A stretch of DNA of 63,645 bases, filler included, from Neolecta irregularis DAH-3 (taxonomy: Eukaryota): NCBI GenBank assembly GCA_001929475.1. It is 6 parts of 6 records of this genome, joined end to end, with 100 filler letters (N's around TTAATTAATTAA, not from the genome) between each part and the next. Parts side by side here need not be neighbours in the genome. Positions count along the whole stretch, not along the records: positions 60,952 to 63,645 come from LXFE01000654.1; 5 more parts are not named here. One strand, written 5' to 3'. Position numbers and translations under genes: made by a program. Positions 60,952 through 63,645 of the stretch are shown piece after piece. The stretch's first letter is position 1. Every line of letters starts with the position of its first letter. A model generated the notes under the pieces. That model was given only the letters and a program-made list of their open reading frames with translations. It had not been told where the DNA came from and did not search any database.

Positions 60952-63645
60952 AGTTCACCTAAAGTCTGGTATAGGAGTTCTAGCCCTCAAGGCATACACA
61001 CAAAGAGCTCCCACAATAGGTGAGGATAAGATGGGGGCCAAAGCTCTGCAGGGATCAAGTGATGAAGGCAAAGCAGTCACTGGCCACTGCACAGTACAGG
61101 GAGAGGATGATGACAGTGGTGAGTTGGCAGGCTGCAGGTTAGGGTTTTCGAGTCAGGCGGCCTTCAGCAGTGGTGGAATATACACAGGCATTGCAGATGA
61201 TGCAGCCCTCATAGTCCTGGTACCAGAGCAGTGTCAATGTTGTCCCTCAGTGCTGGCATGCAACATCCCACAGCCCTGCAAGTAGGCTGAGTGGGGGCAG
61301 GTTTGCCCATGATGTGTTTGTGGGCAGTGGTGAGCAATGGGTTTGGGTGCTTATTGTTGAACACTGGGCACCCGGCAAAGCCCACTGCACCTCCCATGCA
61401 GTCACAGCACCTGGACAGGTGCCTGTCTGCAGTGGTGGCACAGGTTGGCCACAAGGTGGCATGAGCAGATGCTGAGGTCAGCAGTGGTGGTGGGAGGACA
61501 TACAATGTCCTGCAGCTGGCTCAGATCCAGCATGACAAAGCCAGCAATCTCTTCGAGGCACGAGTATGCCTGGGAGGGCGGGACAAGCAGGATGTGCCGG
61601 CAGGACAAGTGTGATGCACTGGCAGGATGAGCAGGACGGGTGGGCAGGACAAGCAGGACATGTGTAATCATAATTTCTCACTTATGATACTACAGATGCC
61701 TTTGGAGTTTGGAAAAACTCACTACCATCAATTGTCAAGTGGAAAATAGCTACATGACATTGTTGTACATAATTCTACACTTGCTGCTCATGTGCTGACC
61801 CATAGGTTACAAGTTAGAATTGTAAACAACATCTATGAAGCTGTGAGCGATATGCACTCAGAGGAGTAGGTATGCGAGAGGACGAGAACTTGGTGAAGTT
61901 CGGAATGAGATGTAGGCTTGCACAATTAACAAAATGGTTTTTAGGATAAGTAATTATTTTTTTTTCCATGTACAAATGCCACATATTTATATGAATACAA
62001 TTATTTCCTAATTCGGCAGTCAATAGAAGTTACTGCTTTGTGTGGGAATTAGAACTTAACTCCAATAACTCCTGTTAGATCCATTATCTTAATTCTGCAA
62101 TCTCCACTTACCTCCATTATCACCACCATCAATGTATGACTGGCTCTAACTCACCACAGAACCTGCCTGTGTATCTAGGAATCCATGGTTGGTTGCTTAA
62201 GATTTCCTTGTAGTTTTGTGCAGGCACAGGTATCATTGGTCTATGATTCCTTAGGGTATTCCAGTCAATCATTGGTGTCGCATATTTGATAGGTACTCAC
62301 CAGGTGGCATTCCAGTGCAGCTCATCAACCAGGTGTGGAAACTTAACAAGCATTTCCATTAAGTATCATAACCCATAATAGTAGTCAGGGTTGCCACTAG
62401 GTTCTTTTTGGTGCTGCTCATAGCTCATACATAGTTGATCAAAGAAGGTCAATATTAACCATGCCTGGTATACTTCATGCCATCATTTCAGTGTGTCCCA
62501 CCAGTTTTCGTAATCTTCCTTTATACCCAGTCAATAGAGTAGGTCATTCAGCTGTTGAAAGAAGTATTTATGAATTTTGCTGATGATTCTCGCTGGTTAT
62601 TCCCCCCAATCCCTAAGGTCGCAAGACTCCACTTCAATCCATGTCCTTCAAGTAAGTTGTTGAGTGCTGTTTACTTCATCTGATACATAAGATGAGGCCT
62701 TTGATGACCATGAGGTATTGTCCTGACTTTCCTCACTACAGTAGTGATGCAGGGTTGCAGGTGTACAGGGTTGCACATAGGGAGCAACTTCCACCTCAAC
62801 AGGCTTTGCAAAGATAATTCTTGTATAATATAGTACATATATGCAATTTTTTCTTTGCATTTTCTAGCTCATTTTCCAACCAATTATCCTGCAATTCTCT
62901 ATCCAATGCTAAAACCCACCTCTCTCACATGTCTCAACTGCCTGTCTTGCCCGCCTGTCTTGCCTGTCTTGCCCGCCTGTCTTGCCCATCTTGCTCTCCT
63001 GCCTGTCTCGCCTGTCTTGCCCGCCTTTCTTGCCTGTCTTGCCTGTCTGTCACACCTGTCTTGCCTGCCTGTCTCACCTGTCTTGCCTGCCTATCTTGCC
63101 CATCTTGCTCTCCTACCTGTCTTGCCTGTCTTGCCTGCCTGTCTTGCCTGCCTGTCTTGCCTGCCTGTCTCACCTCTCTTGCCTACCTGTCTCACCTGTC
63201 TTGCCCACCTGTCTCACCTGTCTTGCTTGTCTTGTCTGCCTGTCTTACCCTCCTCACCCTCCTTGCCCGCCTTGCTCTCCTGCCTTTCCCACCTCACCCA
63301 TCTTTCCAGCCTTGCTCTCCTGTCTGGCTATCCCCCCCACCTTACCCACCTGCCTATTACACCTGCCTTGCCTGCCTTGCCCACCTTGCCTGATCACTCT
63401 CCCTTCTCACTCATCCCATCCCACCTCACCTATCTTGTGCTTTCCTTCCATGCCTCCTCTCCCTTCCCACCTATCCCTCCCATGTCTCCACCCCCTTCCT
63501 GCCCGTCCCTCCTATACCTCCTCTCTCTTCCCTCCTGCCCACCCTGCCCATCCCTCCTGTGCCTCCTGCCACCCGCCCCTTATTTGTATTTGCCAAGTAA
63601 AGTATTTACTATAAAAACATTGTTTACAGTGCAAGTACAAGAATC
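60952..63645. mobile_element. Decayed, CpG-poor repeat/transposon-derived region
   Basis: No recognisable gene; TG/CA-rich; contains the (cttgcctgcctgt)n array at 62935-63580. Confidence 0.55.

Noticed and set aside
62821-63614. Cys/Leu/Pro-rich ORFs of 190 and 210 aa (also ORFs at 35352 and 52216)
   Set aside because: Open only because the A-poor low-complexity repeat cannot form stop codons.

Overview
Gene-dense eukaryotic (fungal) genomic DNA with very short (~35-50 nt) introns. The gene set and style suggest an early-diverging ascomycete (Taphrinomycotina, Neolecta-like); this is inference only. Five 100-nt N gaps carry an artificial TTAATTAATTAA linker, so adjacency across them is unproven. 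Recognisable genes: SF3a1/Prp21, PXA1, a PDR-type ABCG transporter, CIA1, SWC3, an ABHD12/13-like hydrolase, a STE6/mam1-type ABCB exporter, SYM1, eIF4E, a G1 cyclin, an Sso-type syntaxin, an ICMT-family methyltransferase, IFRD, a C2H2+fungal-TF factor, an OPT transporter, YOP1, a But2-like secreted protein, an RFX factor, a Sis1-type DnaJ and UreF, plus several orphans and a PAP2 pseudogene. Main leads: (1) an accessory island at ~35.0-37.8 kb with a Helitron-like 3' end, a mitochondrial EF-G2 fragment and an unannotated spliced gene for a secreted, Kex2-site, His-rich repeat peptide; (2) one repeat family in CpG-intact and CpG-to-TpG/CpA-decayed copies, suggesting CpG methylation or RIP-like defence; (3) an RFX protein missing the basic DNA-binding wing; (4) a G1 cyclin with ~750 nt upstream free of AUG and carrying tandem repeats; (5) a dispersed TGTAAG...CTTACA solo-LTR-like family; (6) an acylation-motif/F-box-like orphan. 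Exon boundaries were read by eye and are approximate.
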